Under the pieces are notes generated by a model. It had not been told where the DNA came from and did not search any database. It worked only from the letters and a program-made list of their open reading frames with translations. Source: a virus (Duplodnaviria; Caudoviricetes). Taken from it: a stretch of DNA of 64,000 nt. The DNA is taken from IMG/VR virus record IMGVR_UViG_3300042554_000772, positions 760-64,759 of that record; one strand, given 5' to 3'. Within the stretch, counting starts at the first letter, position 1, and each line of letters starts with the position of its first letter. Positions 37,478 through 46,529 of the stretch are shown one piece after another. Made by a program: the position numbers and the translations under genes.

Positions 37478-37803
37478 AGGTTTGAGGTTAATGGGTTAGG
37501 TGGTAGGGGCATCCAGTAGAGAACTGAGGATAATTCATTGCAAGACTCCCAACAAAAAGATGCATCATCAAGCTCAGATAAACATTCTACGCTTTGATAG
37601 CCATATTTTGTAAACACTAGAACATCTTCACCAAAAGCGGGTTTCTTTTTTTTCAATTTAATCCATTTTCTGCTACGCTCTTCTACAAGCCTAATGATTT
37701 CTTCTTGCTGCTTCTCAGTAAGCATCACATCACCATTCGCATTTCGCATTTGCTCAAAGCATGAGCGCAAGCTCCATTCGGTTTTGATTGTTTCGTTTTT
37801 CAT
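37474..37803 (-). CDS. DUF551-like protein
   Basis: WI...P...VL...YWMPLPPNP. Confidence 0.65.
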   Translation of the reverse strand: MKNETIKTEWSLRSCFEQMRNANGDVMLTEKQQEEIIRLVEERSRKWIKLKKKKPAFGEDVLVFTKYGYQSVECLSELDDASFCWESCNELSSVLYWMPLPPNPLTSNL

Positions 37804-37876
37804 AGGGTTTGGTTGGTAAGCTTATAGGCTGACGCTGGGGGAGGTTTGGTCAGCGTGTAGGCTGACGATTTGTTCA

Positions 37877-38107
37877 CTAATGAGTACTTTCCCGAACAAG
37901 ATATAACCCATTTTTTTCATCATAAGTGACGCTCTCGTTTGGTATGATTTTTACATCATTAATTGATATTTTGCAAGGTTCACCTAAGTAGCGGATAGAT
38001 TCACTGTCGCTTTCGTGAATGACACCTGCTTCGCAAAATTTTGGGTTTATTCCCTTTGGTTGAAAGTATATCGTTTTCATGTATGGGATGACGGATTTAT
38101 CATTCAT
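37877..38107 (-). CDS. hypothetical protein
   Basis: ORF in accessory run; the true start may be MKTIY. Confidence 0.45.
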   Translation of the reverse strand: MNDKSVIPYMKTIYFQPKGINPKFCEAGVIHESDSESIRYLGEPCKISINDVKIIPNESVTYDEKNGLYLVRESTH

Positions 38108-38152
38108 TATATGCGATAAGGGTGCTTATTGACCGATTTATCATTCATTATA
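38089..38152. repeat. 23-bp direct repeat TGAC(G/C)GATTTATCATTCATTATA x2
   Basis: Copies at 38089-38111 and 38130-38152, one mismatch. Confidence 0.85.
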
Positions 38153-38164
38153 CCCGATTGCGTA

Positions 38165-38368
38165 TTAAACGTGGGTTCGTGTTTCCGAATCCCAAATTTC
38201 AGTCCATTTGAAGTTCTTCCAGCTGTCCTTCCATAAAAGTTTAAACTTTTCTATGATTTTTGCTTCAAAACTTCTTGCCTCTTCCAAGGTGTCGAAGTCC
38301 TCCTGAAAATCATTCATCCCTCCCTCAGGATAATAGGCATCACCTGCAAATACTAAGAATCGTTTCAT
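38165..38368 (-). CDS. hypothetical protein
   Basis: FLVFAGDAYYPEGGMNDF motif seen in small phage proteins. Confidence 0.6.
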   Translation of the reverse strand: MKRFLVFAGDAYYPEGGMNDFQEDFDTLEEARSFEAKIIEKFKLLWKDSWKNFKWTEIWDSETRTHV

Positions 38369-38625
38369 TATTGAGTGTTATTTGTGTTTGTATCCAACAG
38401 GCGATTTTTTTCTGCATTTAACCAGTCTTTAGCCGACATACCGCTATTGGCAAATTTTTTTGAATTAAGCATATCCAATGCTATTTCAAGTGCGTGTAAT
38501 TGATACTTTTTATCAGCAATCAAGCCATCTAAATACTCATAAAAAGCCATTTGAGCCTCATACTCTGCTTGTGCTTGTGCTTGTGCAGCCCATCCTGCTT
38601 CGTATTCCCATTGTTCTTGTGTCAT
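38368..38625 (-). CDS. hypothetical protein
   Basis: Coupled ORF. Confidence 0.5.
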   Translation of the reverse strand: MTQEQWEYEAGWAAQAQAQAEYEAQMAFYEYLDGLIADKKYQLHALEIALDMLNSKKFANSGMSAKDWLNAEKNRLLDTNTNNTQ

Positions 38626-38626
38626 T

Positions 38627-38824
38627 TTATTTAGGTTTTAAGGTTTGAAATAGTTTGTACGCACCACACGAATCGGTCAGGGTCTTCACCTGCGGTCCAA
38701 ATCCGTTGCTACGGGATAGGACATACTCGCAGGCATCCCCCTTGGCCCGCACCTCAATCACCTTCCAAGGGCGGTCGTTGGTGCAGGCGGTCAGGAGGAG
38801 TAGTAGGAGCGATAGGCATCTCAT
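38627..38824 (-). CDS. small lipoprotein
   Basis: MRCLSLLLLLLTAC lipobox. Confidence 0.6.
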   Translation of the reverse strand: MRCLSLLLLLLTACTNDRPWKVIEVRAKGDACEYVLSRSNGFGPQVKTLTDSCGAYKLFQTLKPK

Positions 38825-38925
38825 AGTGTCCAGATTAGTGTAAGCATGATTAAAATAAAGAGCGCAGTGGCTATTCCCTTGCCGATTTCAATTAGCAATT
38901 CGAGTACGTTTCCGATGTTCATAAC

Positions 38926-39327
38926 TTACCCTTTAATCCAAGACTTTAGGAAAGTTTCTTTTGCAACACCTACAAACAGATGCCCCACGAAGAACGCAAC
39001 GCCAAGCGTTGGGTTTAGCAAACCGATAGCCACCGATGCGACGACTATCTTGCACATCTGAAACAAGTGCTCAGCGTCCGTGAGGAACACCAAGAATGTA
39101 GAGCTGAACGGGAACCGCTCCTCTTGAGGCATCGGGATACCGAAGTGATACCACTTTGGTTTGTAAGGTTTTAACCTACCTGTCTTAGTTACAGCCCACT
39201 TGTTCTTCCAAGAAGCCATGCCGTTCCATTTCATGAACTTAGGGCCCCATTGGCTCTTGATGCACTCATCCTCCATCTCGTTGAACAACATGAATAAGAA
39301 GCCTAGTAGTAAAAATAAAAGTTCCAT
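38926..39327 (-). CDS. membrane protein
   Basis: Hydrophobic segments; SWKNKW...VFLTDAEHLF. Confidence 0.6.
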   Translation of the reverse strand: MELLFLLLGFLFMLFNEMEDECIKSQWGPKFMKWNGMASWKNKWAVTKTGRLKPYKPKWYHFGIPMPQEERFPFSSTFLVFLTDAEHLFQMCKIVVASVAIGLLNPTLGVAFFVGHLFVGVAKETFLKSWIKG

Positions 39328-39442
39328 TAGATTACATTTAATAGTTTAAGTATTAGTACAAATATCCCACCGCTTATCATTACAGCCATACCCGATAGGA
39401 TTAGCCATAGTAGCAAAGTAATCGATGGTGGGAACTCAACGA

Positions 39443-39784
39443 CTATTTTACGCTTTTTGTGTCTTCGACTCTTGATTTCCATTTGATTTTGTCTGCTATC
39501 TGTTTTAGGTTTACAACTCCCGCCTCCGTCGCCTCCCAGAAATCTTGCGATTCTAGGAGTACGACATTGGTTAGAGGCTTGTTGGGTGTTACAAGCAAAA
39601 CATGGGTTTCCATTGGATGTCTCCTGTGATTAGAGAGCTTGGCGACAGGGTTTTCAAAGGTTCCTACTTGAATGTTCAGCAGTATCTTCTTGTCATCCTT
39701 GGTGAACCCAAAGAACGGATTGTCAGAGTAAACCATTTTGACTTTCCATTCGAGTGCTACGAAAAACGCTATAAATTCTTCCAT
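39443..39784 (-). CDS. hypothetical protein
   Basis: ORF adjacent to the SSB-like gene. Confidence 0.55.
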   Translation of the reverse strand: MEEFIAFFVALEWKVKMVYSDNPFFGFTKDDKKILLNIQVGTFENPVAKLSNHRRHPMETHVLLVTPNKPLTNVVLLESQDFWEATEAGVVNLKQIADKIKWKSRVEDTKSVK

Positions 39785-40042
39785 TTAGAAGGGTAAGTCA
39801 GAGGATTGCTGGGGAGCTTCTGACTGTTGTGGTTTTGGTTCTACAAGAATAGCGTAAGGCTTCTTGGGGTCTCGACCATTCTTGACCCTGATTCGTACAC
39901 GGCCATTGTGGTCTGCTTTTTTAATCGCCTCTTGCATTTCTGCAACAGTGAGCGATAGCGTGTAGCCTGAAAATTGGCCCTCGTATTCATCGTAAAATAC
40001 GCTACCGCAGTAATTTGGTTTTGGTCTAGTTTCTGTTGACAT
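39785..40042 (-). CDS. putative single-stranded DNA-binding protein
   Basis: C-terminal DLPF tail; next to recombination genes. Confidence 0.55.
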   Translation of the reverse strand: MSTETRPKPNYCGSVFYDEYEGQFSGYTLSLTVAEMQEAIKKADHNGRVRIRVKNGRDPKKPYAILVEPKPQQSEAPQQSSDLPF

Positions 40043-40053
40043 AGTTTTTGTTT

Positions 40054-40875
40054 TTAAAGAATGTTTGTGATGATGTGATTGTCTAAATCTCTTCCTTCTA
40101 TAAAGAAATCTCTATAGGTAATCGTAGCGTTTCTTACAAGCCGCTCCCCCAGCTCGTAAAACTCCCTTGATACGCTGAACATACCAAGGTCTCCAGTCGA
40201 CTTGTCAATCACAATGAAGTGAAAGTTCAAGAAATGAACAGAGAATATCTTTGAGTATATGTACACCTGTGCAGCGTACCCATACCTCCTAGCACTTTGC
40301 TCGAACGATGTGATGTCCGAAGTGGTTTTGATGTCGTAAATTGAACCATCGCTGTGAATCATGTCAGCCTTCGCACGGAACGGATAGCCGTTCACATAGC
40401 CAATCCCAGGCTTCTCGTACACCGAGCCTTGAATGATGTCGGATATAGTCCTGCAACGAAACATCGTGTCGCATAAGCTCTTGCAATCATCGTACTCGTC
40501 TCGTGTGATAACGGATTTGCCCTCAGATGCACCCTTAGCGTCCTTGAAAGCTTTCGTGCTCTTGGAGGCTACATCAACCACAACGAATCGGTTCTCAAGC
40601 TCTTGAGGCTCAAGAACCATCGTGTGAAACAGCTTGCCGTTTGTGAGCGCAGGGCTGTCCGAGTTTGAGCCGAAGCGTAGGTAACGATGATAAGCCTTCG
40701 GGGATTGATTCAGAATCTTCACAGAGGAAGATGATAGTGATGCGCTACCAAGATACCCGTAGTAGAAGGAGTCATCCTTCATCTTCTCAAGAAGCTCGTC
40801 CTTCCTCCAAGAGGAGCCGTCTAGCAGAACAATCTGTTGTGCCTCTATCAAGGCATCGTTTTCGTTATTATCCAT
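40054..40875 (-). CDS. exonuclease VIII/RecE-like PD-(D/E)xK nuclease
   Basis: LSSSSVK, GKLFHTMVLEP, RAKAD, DIKTT, YGYAAQVYIY. Confidence 0.8.
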   Translation of the reverse strand: MDNNENDALIEAQQIVLLDGSSWRKDELLEKMKDDSFYYGYLGSASLSSSSVKILNQSPKAYHRYLRFGSNSDSPALTNGKLFHTMVLEPQELENRFVVVDVASKSTKAFKDAKGASEGKSVITRDEYDDCKSLCDTMFRCRTISDIIQGSVYEKPGIGYVNGYPFRAKADMIHSDGSIYDIKTTSDITSFEQSARRYGYAAQVYIYSKIFSVHFLNFHFIVIDKSTGDLGMFSVSREFYELGERLVRNATITYRDFFIEGRDLDNHIITNIL

Positions 40876-41443
40876 TACTGATTAAAGATTTAAGCGTTGA
40901 AACTTGAGCCTCACTGAATAGTTTGCCCTTTGCCGACATAACCTTGTCAAAGGACTCCTTGGAAGGATTCTCACGGATGTAGTCCAGAGCTTTCTGGTAC
41001 ACATCGTCAGCTTTCACAGCCTCGCTTCTCGTCTCCTGTGCTTGCGGGGCGGGGCGGGGGGCGGTGGCGGGCTGTGGTCGGGCGGATAGGTTCTGCTTCG
41101 CTATGGCCATATCCACCTCCTCAGCCGAAGCAATAGAAGTTTCAATACCGATACCAAGGTTGGCTAAACAGCGACCCCAAGCGGAGCTTTCCCCGTTCTC
41201 AATGTAGGAAGTCTTGTTAATCATTGAACTTGACCTATCCTCCTGAGCGTGTCCCACCGCCATAATCTTACCATCGGGGTTCTTGGCTACAGCACGGATG
41301 ATGCACGATTGGTCATCGTACGAAATGAGTTCTGTTTCCATAGACCACCCTCTGTATTCGGGTGCGGTGCGGAAGTAGAGTATCCTTTGGGATACCTCAA
41401 CATAGGCTTTGCCCTTAATGTTGGTTGTTTTGAATTGATGCAT
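40868..41443 (-). CDS. ssDNA-annealing recombinase (Rad52/Sak-like)
   Basis: IKGKAYVEV..R, GHAQE, INKTSYIEN.E.SAWGR; paired with the exonuclease. Confidence 0.65.
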   Translation of the reverse strand: MHQFKTTNIKGKAYVEVSQRILYFRTAPEYRGWSMETELISYDDQSCIIRAVAKNPDGKIMAVGHAQEDRSSSMINKTSYIENGESSAWGRCLANLGIGIETSIASAEEVDMAIAKQNLSARPQPATAPRPAPQAQETRSEAVKADDVYQKALDYIRENPSKESFDKVMSAKGKLFSEAQVSTLKSLISNG

Positions 41444-41466
41444 AGAATTGAATTAGATTAGTGAGC

Positions 41467-41474
41467 CAAAGGTA
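41467..41474 (-). promoter_or_regulatory. -7 element TACCTTTG for the recombination/replication operon
   Basis: TAnnTTTG in the intergenic gap. Confidence 0.6.
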
Positions 41475-41506
41475 CAAGCTGTTCCTCGTCCTTGTATACA
41501 TTTTTG

Positions 41507-41974
41507 TTAATTAGTTTCACACAGCATTCCACAAACGGATAGCTCAATATCCAAGTGCTGTGAGAATGCGGAGTAGCGTTCCCTCAGTATCTTATCGTAG
41601 GTTATCATAGAGTCAGCAGATTTCAGTGAGTTGATTATCGTGGTGTGGTGTCTGTCCCCAAGCATCTTGCCTATGGCCTTCAAAGACCAACGCTTTGAGT
41701 GTAGATACTTGCAAATGAAGTGTCTTGCGAACACGATGTCTTGGGTTCTGCGTTCCCCCTTGAGTTCCTGAATGGATACCTTGAGCCACCTTGATGCGAC
41801 CTCAAGTATCGTGCTGTTCTCTACATTGGATATTTCGTCAATGATAGATATAATGGAGTTAGCGGAGAAAACCACTGAGTCCATATCAACCCCGTAGCGT
41901 TGTGTCTGCATACGAAGTGCGGAGGCAAAGACCTCCTTGTCCCTCCTTGAGAGGGATATGATTTCTTGTTTCAT
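41507..41974 (-). CDS. DnaA C-terminal-like HTH protein
   Basis: RRTQDIVFARH...SLKAIGKMLGDRHHTTII. Confidence 0.75.
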   Translation of the reverse strand: MKQEIISLSRRDKEVFASALRMQTQRYGVDMDSVVFSANSIISIIDEISNVENSTILEVASRWLKVSIQELKGERRTQDIVFARHFICKYLHSKRWSLKAIGKMLGDRHHTTIINSLKSADSMITYDKILRERYSAFSQHLDIELSVCGMLCETN

Positions 41975-41981
41975 AATTGGT

Positions 41982-42239
41982 TTAGTTTAAAATTTGTAGG
42001 TGCGACCTTTCGGAGTCAAAGTCATATTTCATCCACATTCCCTCTGCGATTTCAAGGAACAAGTCCCCTCTCCTCAAGGGTTTCCCATCAAGAAGAATGC
42101 CGTAGAAGTGGTTGTCCTCGTCATACTCAAGCTCCCCATTCTCAAGGGATTGAAGTATCTCAAGAGCTGTTTCCTCCCGACCATCGTAGCGGATGCCGTT
42201 GTAGACCTGCTTGTCCTCTTTGTTAAGTATCTTAATCAT
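41982..42239 (-). CDS. hypothetical protein
   Basis: ORF in early array. Confidence 0.5.
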   Translation of the reverse strand: MIKILNKEDKQVYNGIRYDGREETALEILQSLENGELEYDEDNHFYGILLDGKPLRRGDLFLEIAEGMWMKYDFDSERSHLQILN

Positions 42240-42565
42240 CGTTTGCTTTTAATTATAGTGTAATTGTCTGCCGAATATAGTGCATAATGCTTGAGCTTCT
42301 TCTCAAGAACCTTCTTGCCCCAAAACATACCCATATCGTGGTTGACCACCTCGTAATGTGTACCCTGACATTCAACGATATCCCCTATACCAAAGGAGTA
42401 CTTATGAACCCCCTTTGCGTAGTAGAGGCTGTCCAAGGCTACAGATAGTTTCTTCTGTAGTGCGTAGACCTCTGCTATCTGTTGTTCAAGCTGTTCTTGG
42501 GGGTGGTCATTCTTAATTTGACCAACCCCCTTTGTCTTTAATGCGATGATACTATCCAAGTCCAT
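42236..42565 (-). CDS. hypothetical protein
   Basis: ORF in early array. Confidence 0.5.
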   Translation of the reverse strand: MDLDSIIALKTKGVGQIKNDHPQEQLEQQIAEVYALQKKLSVALDSLYYAKGVHKYSFGIGDIVECQGTHYEVVNHDMGMFWGKKVLEKKLKHYALYSADNYTIIKSKR

Positions 42566-42702
42566 TAGGCTTCCTTTTAGATTTCCGTTTAATAAATTCC
42601 CTATACATAACTGAACAGATTGAAATTCTCTGCATCTCGTTGGGGTAGCGTTTGCGGTTGACGGCCATTGCGATACGCATAAACTGAGCCATCTCTTGTT
42701 CG

Positions 42703-42966
42703 TTATACATTAGATATAGTTTGCGCCATTGCCGTAGCCTCTGTCGGTTGATGCGTCGGGGGGGTTGGTTGACCCCCCACTCGGCTCTGTTTGTCCGTTT
42801 GCCTGAGAGCAAGGGCGAAGTTACCGCCTACGGATGATAAAGTCAAGTTTCTAAGCAACAAGTTTTCCTCATTTAGACGATTGATTTCCTCGGTCATAGC
42901 CTCAATGCGTAGCCGTTGGTATTCCATTAGTGATTGGGCGAATGCCCCCGTTGGGTAGGTTTTCAT
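42703..42966 (-). CDS. hypothetical coiled-coil protein
   Basis: A-rich leader, coiled coil. Confidence 0.5.
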   Translation of the reverse strand: MKTYPTGAFAQSLMEYQRLRIEAMTEEINRLNEENLLLRNLTLSSVGGNFALALRQTDKQSRVGGQPTPPTHQPTEATAMAQTISNV

Positions 42967-43010
42967 AGGTTTAAGGTTTAGTTGTTTGGTTTAAATTGAT
43001 TTAAGTACAG

Positions 43011-43427
43011 CTATCGTTTGAACACCACCTCCTTTGCGATGTGGCCGTCTACAAACTTGCTGACCACAACCTCTTTAATATCGTGTTCTTTTTCAGTGAG
43101 CAAAATTATCTCCGAAACAAAGTTTAAATACTCCTTGTCGGTAGATAGAGTACCGCTATTGCGCCAACCTTTGGTGGTGTACACTCGGTATGCCCCATAG
43201 GGTTCTGCAATAGTTTTCCGAATGAACTTTATATTATCGTATGTGCAGTCCTTGGACTTGTTCTTCTTTATAGGTTTACCATCCTTGCCTCGCTTGATAT
43301 AGTATTCACTTAGATAGCCACATTCGGAGCAGTGGATATACTCCTCCCCCGTTTTGTAATAGAAGTCAACAAGGCATTCATCGTGGTTACACCTTGGGCA
43401 ATTCATATTGTCAGTTACGCTTCCCAT
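43011..43427 (-). CDS. zinc-finger protein
   Basis: CPRC...CSECGY. Confidence 0.6.
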   Translation of the reverse strand: MGSVTDNMNCPRCNHDECLVDFYYKTGEEYIHCSECGYLSEYYIKRGKDGKPIKKNKSKDCTYDNIKFIRKTIAEPYGAYRVYTTKGWRNSGTLSTDKEYLNFVSEIILLTEKEHDIKEVVVSKFVDGHIAKEVVFKR

Positions 43428-43445
43428 AATTTTAGTTTTAAAGGG

Positions 43446-43697
43446 TTAAACAGATTGATAGTATTGATAGGTTACATAGGGGTGTCCGTTGACTCCGTAT
43501 TGGTGTTCAATTTCAACCACTGCGTAACGCTTGTGGACTTGTATCTCAGCACCCTCGTCCTTGCTTGTGTCAATGCCCTCGCTTGTCAAGTCAAAGAGAG
43601 CATCGTCAAGCGAAGTGTACGGGCCAAGTAGCCGTGATGATTTGGAGTAGTTGTCCCACAAGATTGTGGTAACACTGATTGGTGGGTTGTCTTTCAT
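43446..43697 (-). CDS. hypothetical protein
   Basis: A-rich leader, in array. Confidence 0.5.
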   Translation of the reverse strand: MKDNPPISVTTILWDNYSKSSRLLGPYTSLDDALFDLTSEGIDTSKDEGAEIQVHKRYAVVEIEHQYGVNGHPYVTYQYYQSV

Positions 43698-43722
43698 AGG
43701 GTTAGTGTTTAGATATTATTTT

Positions 43723-43995
43723 TTATACTAAGTTTTCGTTAATAATTGGCCGAAATTTTGGATTACCTGATAATTCTAATTTTAGAATATCTTTAACATT
43801 ACTCCAAAATAAATATCCTCTATCCGAACCCATATCCCCCAACACCTCATTACATACAATCAATGCAAAATTTACTGATTGATTATACCTCAATTCATCA
43901 GGATTTTTTGTGCTAATAAAACTACCATTATTGGATAAAATATGATAAAACTTATAGATTAGTTTCCTCGCTTTTTCTTCGGCTGTAGTTGGCAT
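43723..43995 (-). CDS. hypothetical protein
   Basis: EKARKLIYKF...FALIVCNEVL...FWSNVK; low GC. Confidence 0.55.
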   Translation of the reverse strand: MPTTAEEKARKLIYKFYHILSNNGSFISTKNPDELRYNQSVNFALIVCNEVLGDMGSDRGYLFWSNVKDILKLELSGNPKFRPIINENLV

Positions 43996-44133
43996 TTTTA
44001 TTTGGTTTATTGGTTGAACAAAAGTGCGTAGGCAAATCTTCCGAAGAAGATTAGCCCAAGCACTGCGGTTAGTAGAGAGAACCCGTATTCAAGTAGGGTT
44101 ACAGCTAAGTAATTTGGTTTCTGTTTCATTGGT

Positions 44134-44382
44134 TTAGTTGGTTTCGGATTGGGTGTAGTAGTTCTTAATTGCCTGAGTAACATACAGCTCGGAGGCTATC
44201 TTCTCGTCCTGAGTCAGGTGTCTAACGGAGTCAAAGGCCACCTCAATATCAAAAGGGGTAGCATCCAAGGGGCTGACTGAGAGAATAACCTCCCCCGTTA
44301 CATAGGCATCGTTGACCTCAAGTTGAAAGCGGTGGGTGGTAATGGAGTCGGAGAGTTGGTGTTTTAGCTTAAATTGGTTCAT
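44134..44382 (-). CDS. hypothetical protein
   Basis: A-rich leader, in array. Confidence 0.5.
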   Translation of the reverse strand: MNQFKLKHQLSDSITTHRFQLEVNDAYVTGEVILSVSPLDATPFDIEVAFDSVRHLTQDEKIASELYVTQAIKNYYTQSETN

Positions 44383-44517
44383 CTTGTTTCTGTTTAGAGT
44401 TTAAGTAGATTAGTGCGAAGATTAGGAACATAATTGGTAGCGTTGCCCTCTGTAGTTTTACAAAGGGCAACAAGCTACACAAAAACATAAGTACGGATAT
44501 TACTCGGTCTGTCTTAT

Positions 44518-44703
44518 TCATACGAACCGAACGAATTTAATGGGGTAGTAATGGTACTTGGTGGGGGACAGCTTGACAAGTACCTTGTACCTGCCCTTGC
44601 ATCGTTCGTCCGTTGTCATCCACACGGAGCGACCTGTACGAATGTTACCTTGTCTGTCTGTGCAAATCACTTTGCGATTGATAGCGAATTGTTTTGTTTT
44701 CAT
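44518..44703 (-). CDS. small basic protein
   Basis: A-rich leader AAAAACAACT-ATG. Confidence 0.5.
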   Translation of the reverse strand: MKTKQFAINRKVICTDRQGNIRTGRSVWMTTDERCKGRYKVLVKLSPTKYHYYPIKFVRFV

Positions 44704-44715
44704 AGTTGTTTTATT

Positions 44716-45612
44716 TTAGAAATATGGATAACCTGAACGGATAGTTTCTGTTAATTCGGATATTGAGGTTGGTAGTTCGTTGGCTATTGAGGTTGATGTT
44801 GGGATTGGTTCTGTAGTCCTCCAACCTCCCACCAACGAAACAGAACCCGAAGAAAGCGAGTTTTGGGTTCTTGATGTCCCATCATCATCCCCATCATTCA
44901 GTGGGGTGTCATCGTTAAGTGCTTGATGCAAGCACTGCCAATACTCCCTGCCCATAGGGGATTCGTCCCACCTGATATGGTCTATAAGCCTCGCAACATT
45001 CATATTGGCCTTGAAATGCCTGACAAATTCTTTCGTGCTGTAGTTGTAATTAAAAAGAATAAAAGCCATCTTGTTGTCATAGCACTTTTTAAACTTAATG
45101 GTTTCAGCACGGAGGTTGTCAACGAATGATAGTGGTGTCCGTCTTAGCATATACTCGTAGGGGGATTCTTCAAACAAGTCCCCCAACCTACGGAGTTCAA
45201 AGTTCAAGTAGTCCATAGGGTTCTGCTGTACCTTGGTGTTTGCACGAAGAAAGGTCAATAGCTGTTCCTCTGTAAGAATAACAGATTCGCTTTGTGGTAA
45301 ATACTCGTGTCCACTTTCATTGTGGTCTATTACGAAAACATATTTTTGAACAAATTTGGAAAGAAATTCATCCGTGAACCCCATAGTCCTTGATGTTGAA
45401 GGGGATAGTAAGTCCTTCATATAGAAGCTAAAGGTTATATGCTCCCTTCTGCGTGTAGCTACCCAATTAAAAAATTGGTCGGGATTGGGTGGGTCGACAA
45501 GTTGTCCAATTCTGTACCTGAACCTCCCCGTAAATTCTTCTTGGAGAGCCTTGAGAAATGCTACAGCACTCCCCCTTTGGGAGTGCGTGTAGCGGAGAAT
45601 GATTGTTTTCAT
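44716..45612 (-). CDS. hypothetical early protein
   Basis: 298-aa ORF with W..SP.G.EYW motif. Confidence 0.6.
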   Translation of the reverse strand: MKTIILRYTHSQRGSAVAFLKALQEEFTGRFRYRIGQLVDPPNPDQFFNWVATRRREHITFSFYMKDLLSPSTSRTMGFTDEFLSKFVQKYVFVIDHNESGHEYLPQSESVILTEEQLLTFLRANTKVQQNPMDYLNFELRRLGDLFEESPYEYMLRRTPLSFVDNLRAETIKFKKCYDNKMAFILFNYNYSTKEFVRHFKANMNVARLIDHIRWDESPMGREYWQCLHQALNDDTPLNDGDDDGTSRTQNSLSSGSVSLVGGWRTTEPIPTSTSIANELPTSISELTETIRSGYPYF

Positions 45613-45624
45613 AGAGCGTTAATT

Positions 45625-46434
45625 TTAGTAGGTGTAAGCATCGTTTAGTTCGTCTGTCAAAATGGCACTGCGTAGAGCCTTCATATGATTCTTCTCAAAG
45701 GCTTTGACCTCCTTGAGGTGCTTGTCCCGTGCCTCAAGAGTCCCCCCAATAAGAGGGACTGAGGAGCGGTTGTATCCGTTGTAGCTGTTAGTGGATGGCT
45801 CAACAGCATAGCCCTTTTTGTAGTCCCATAGAGGCGTTTGAACGCCACCCTTCTGCACCTTCGTGTTGCCGTGGTATACATAGTCAAGCGAACGCTTGTA
45901 GCTATCGTTTGAATACCAAGTGTCTTGGTTCTTGTCCCAATGCCCAAGTTGTGAGTTAAGTATCCTGAAAGCCCCACGATAGTCCATAAGAACCACCTTG
46001 TTGGTGCGACCAAGCAAGTGCATTGCAAAGCCGTTGACTCCTTTGTGGTCAATGAACGATACATTCTTGGGGCTGAAGTTGCCCAACAGCTCCGCAAATT
46101 CCCGTGTGTCGCTGATAATGGTGTCCCCAAGGCCGTAGATAATGCCGTTGTGAATGAGTGATACCTTGCCCTCTGCAACAGAGTGTGGGTGGAGCATATC
46201 CGTACCCTTGCCGTGGGTTGCAATACGGAAATGGAGCATCAAGGGGTGTTCGGTGTTGTTACGAATGAACTGATACTCCTCATAAAAGGACTCAAAAGAA
46301 GTCCCTTCGTGGTAGGAGCGAATGGAGTTGCCGTCCACATAGCCGATACCTGCTCCGTGGTAGTTGTTGTCCCAACAATTTTGGAGGGACTTTTTGGAAA
46401 GTTTTGCTGATTTGTTAAGAATTGCGATACACAT
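45625..46434 (-). CDS. class II glutamine amidotransferase
   Basis: N-terminal MC, HFRIATHG, HPH, LIHNGII, SDT. Confidence 0.85.
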   Translation of the reverse strand: MCIAILNKSAKLSKKSLQNCWDNNYHGAGIGYVDGNSIRSYHEGTSFESFYEEYQFIRNNTEHPLMLHFRIATHGKGTDMLHPHSVAEGKVSLIHNGIIYGLGDTIISDTREFAELLGNFSPKNVSFIDHKGVNGFAMHLLGRTNKVVLMDYRGAFRILNSQLGHWDKNQDTWYSNDSYKRSLDYVYHGNTKVQKGGVQTPLWDYKKGYAVEPSTNSYNGYNRSSVPLIGGTLEARDKHLKEVKAFEKNHMKALRSAILTDELNDAYTY

Positions 46435-46454
46435 TTTGAGTTGAATTTAAAGGG

Positions 46455-46484
46455 TTGAATTGAATTGAATTGAATTGAATTGAA
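46455..46484. repeat. (TTGAA)6 microsatellite
   Basis: Six perfect pentamers in the leader of the GATase gene. Confidence 0.9.
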
Positions 46485-46529
46485 AGACTGATGATAGTGG
46501 GGGGGCTATAACCACCCCCCCTTATCAAG

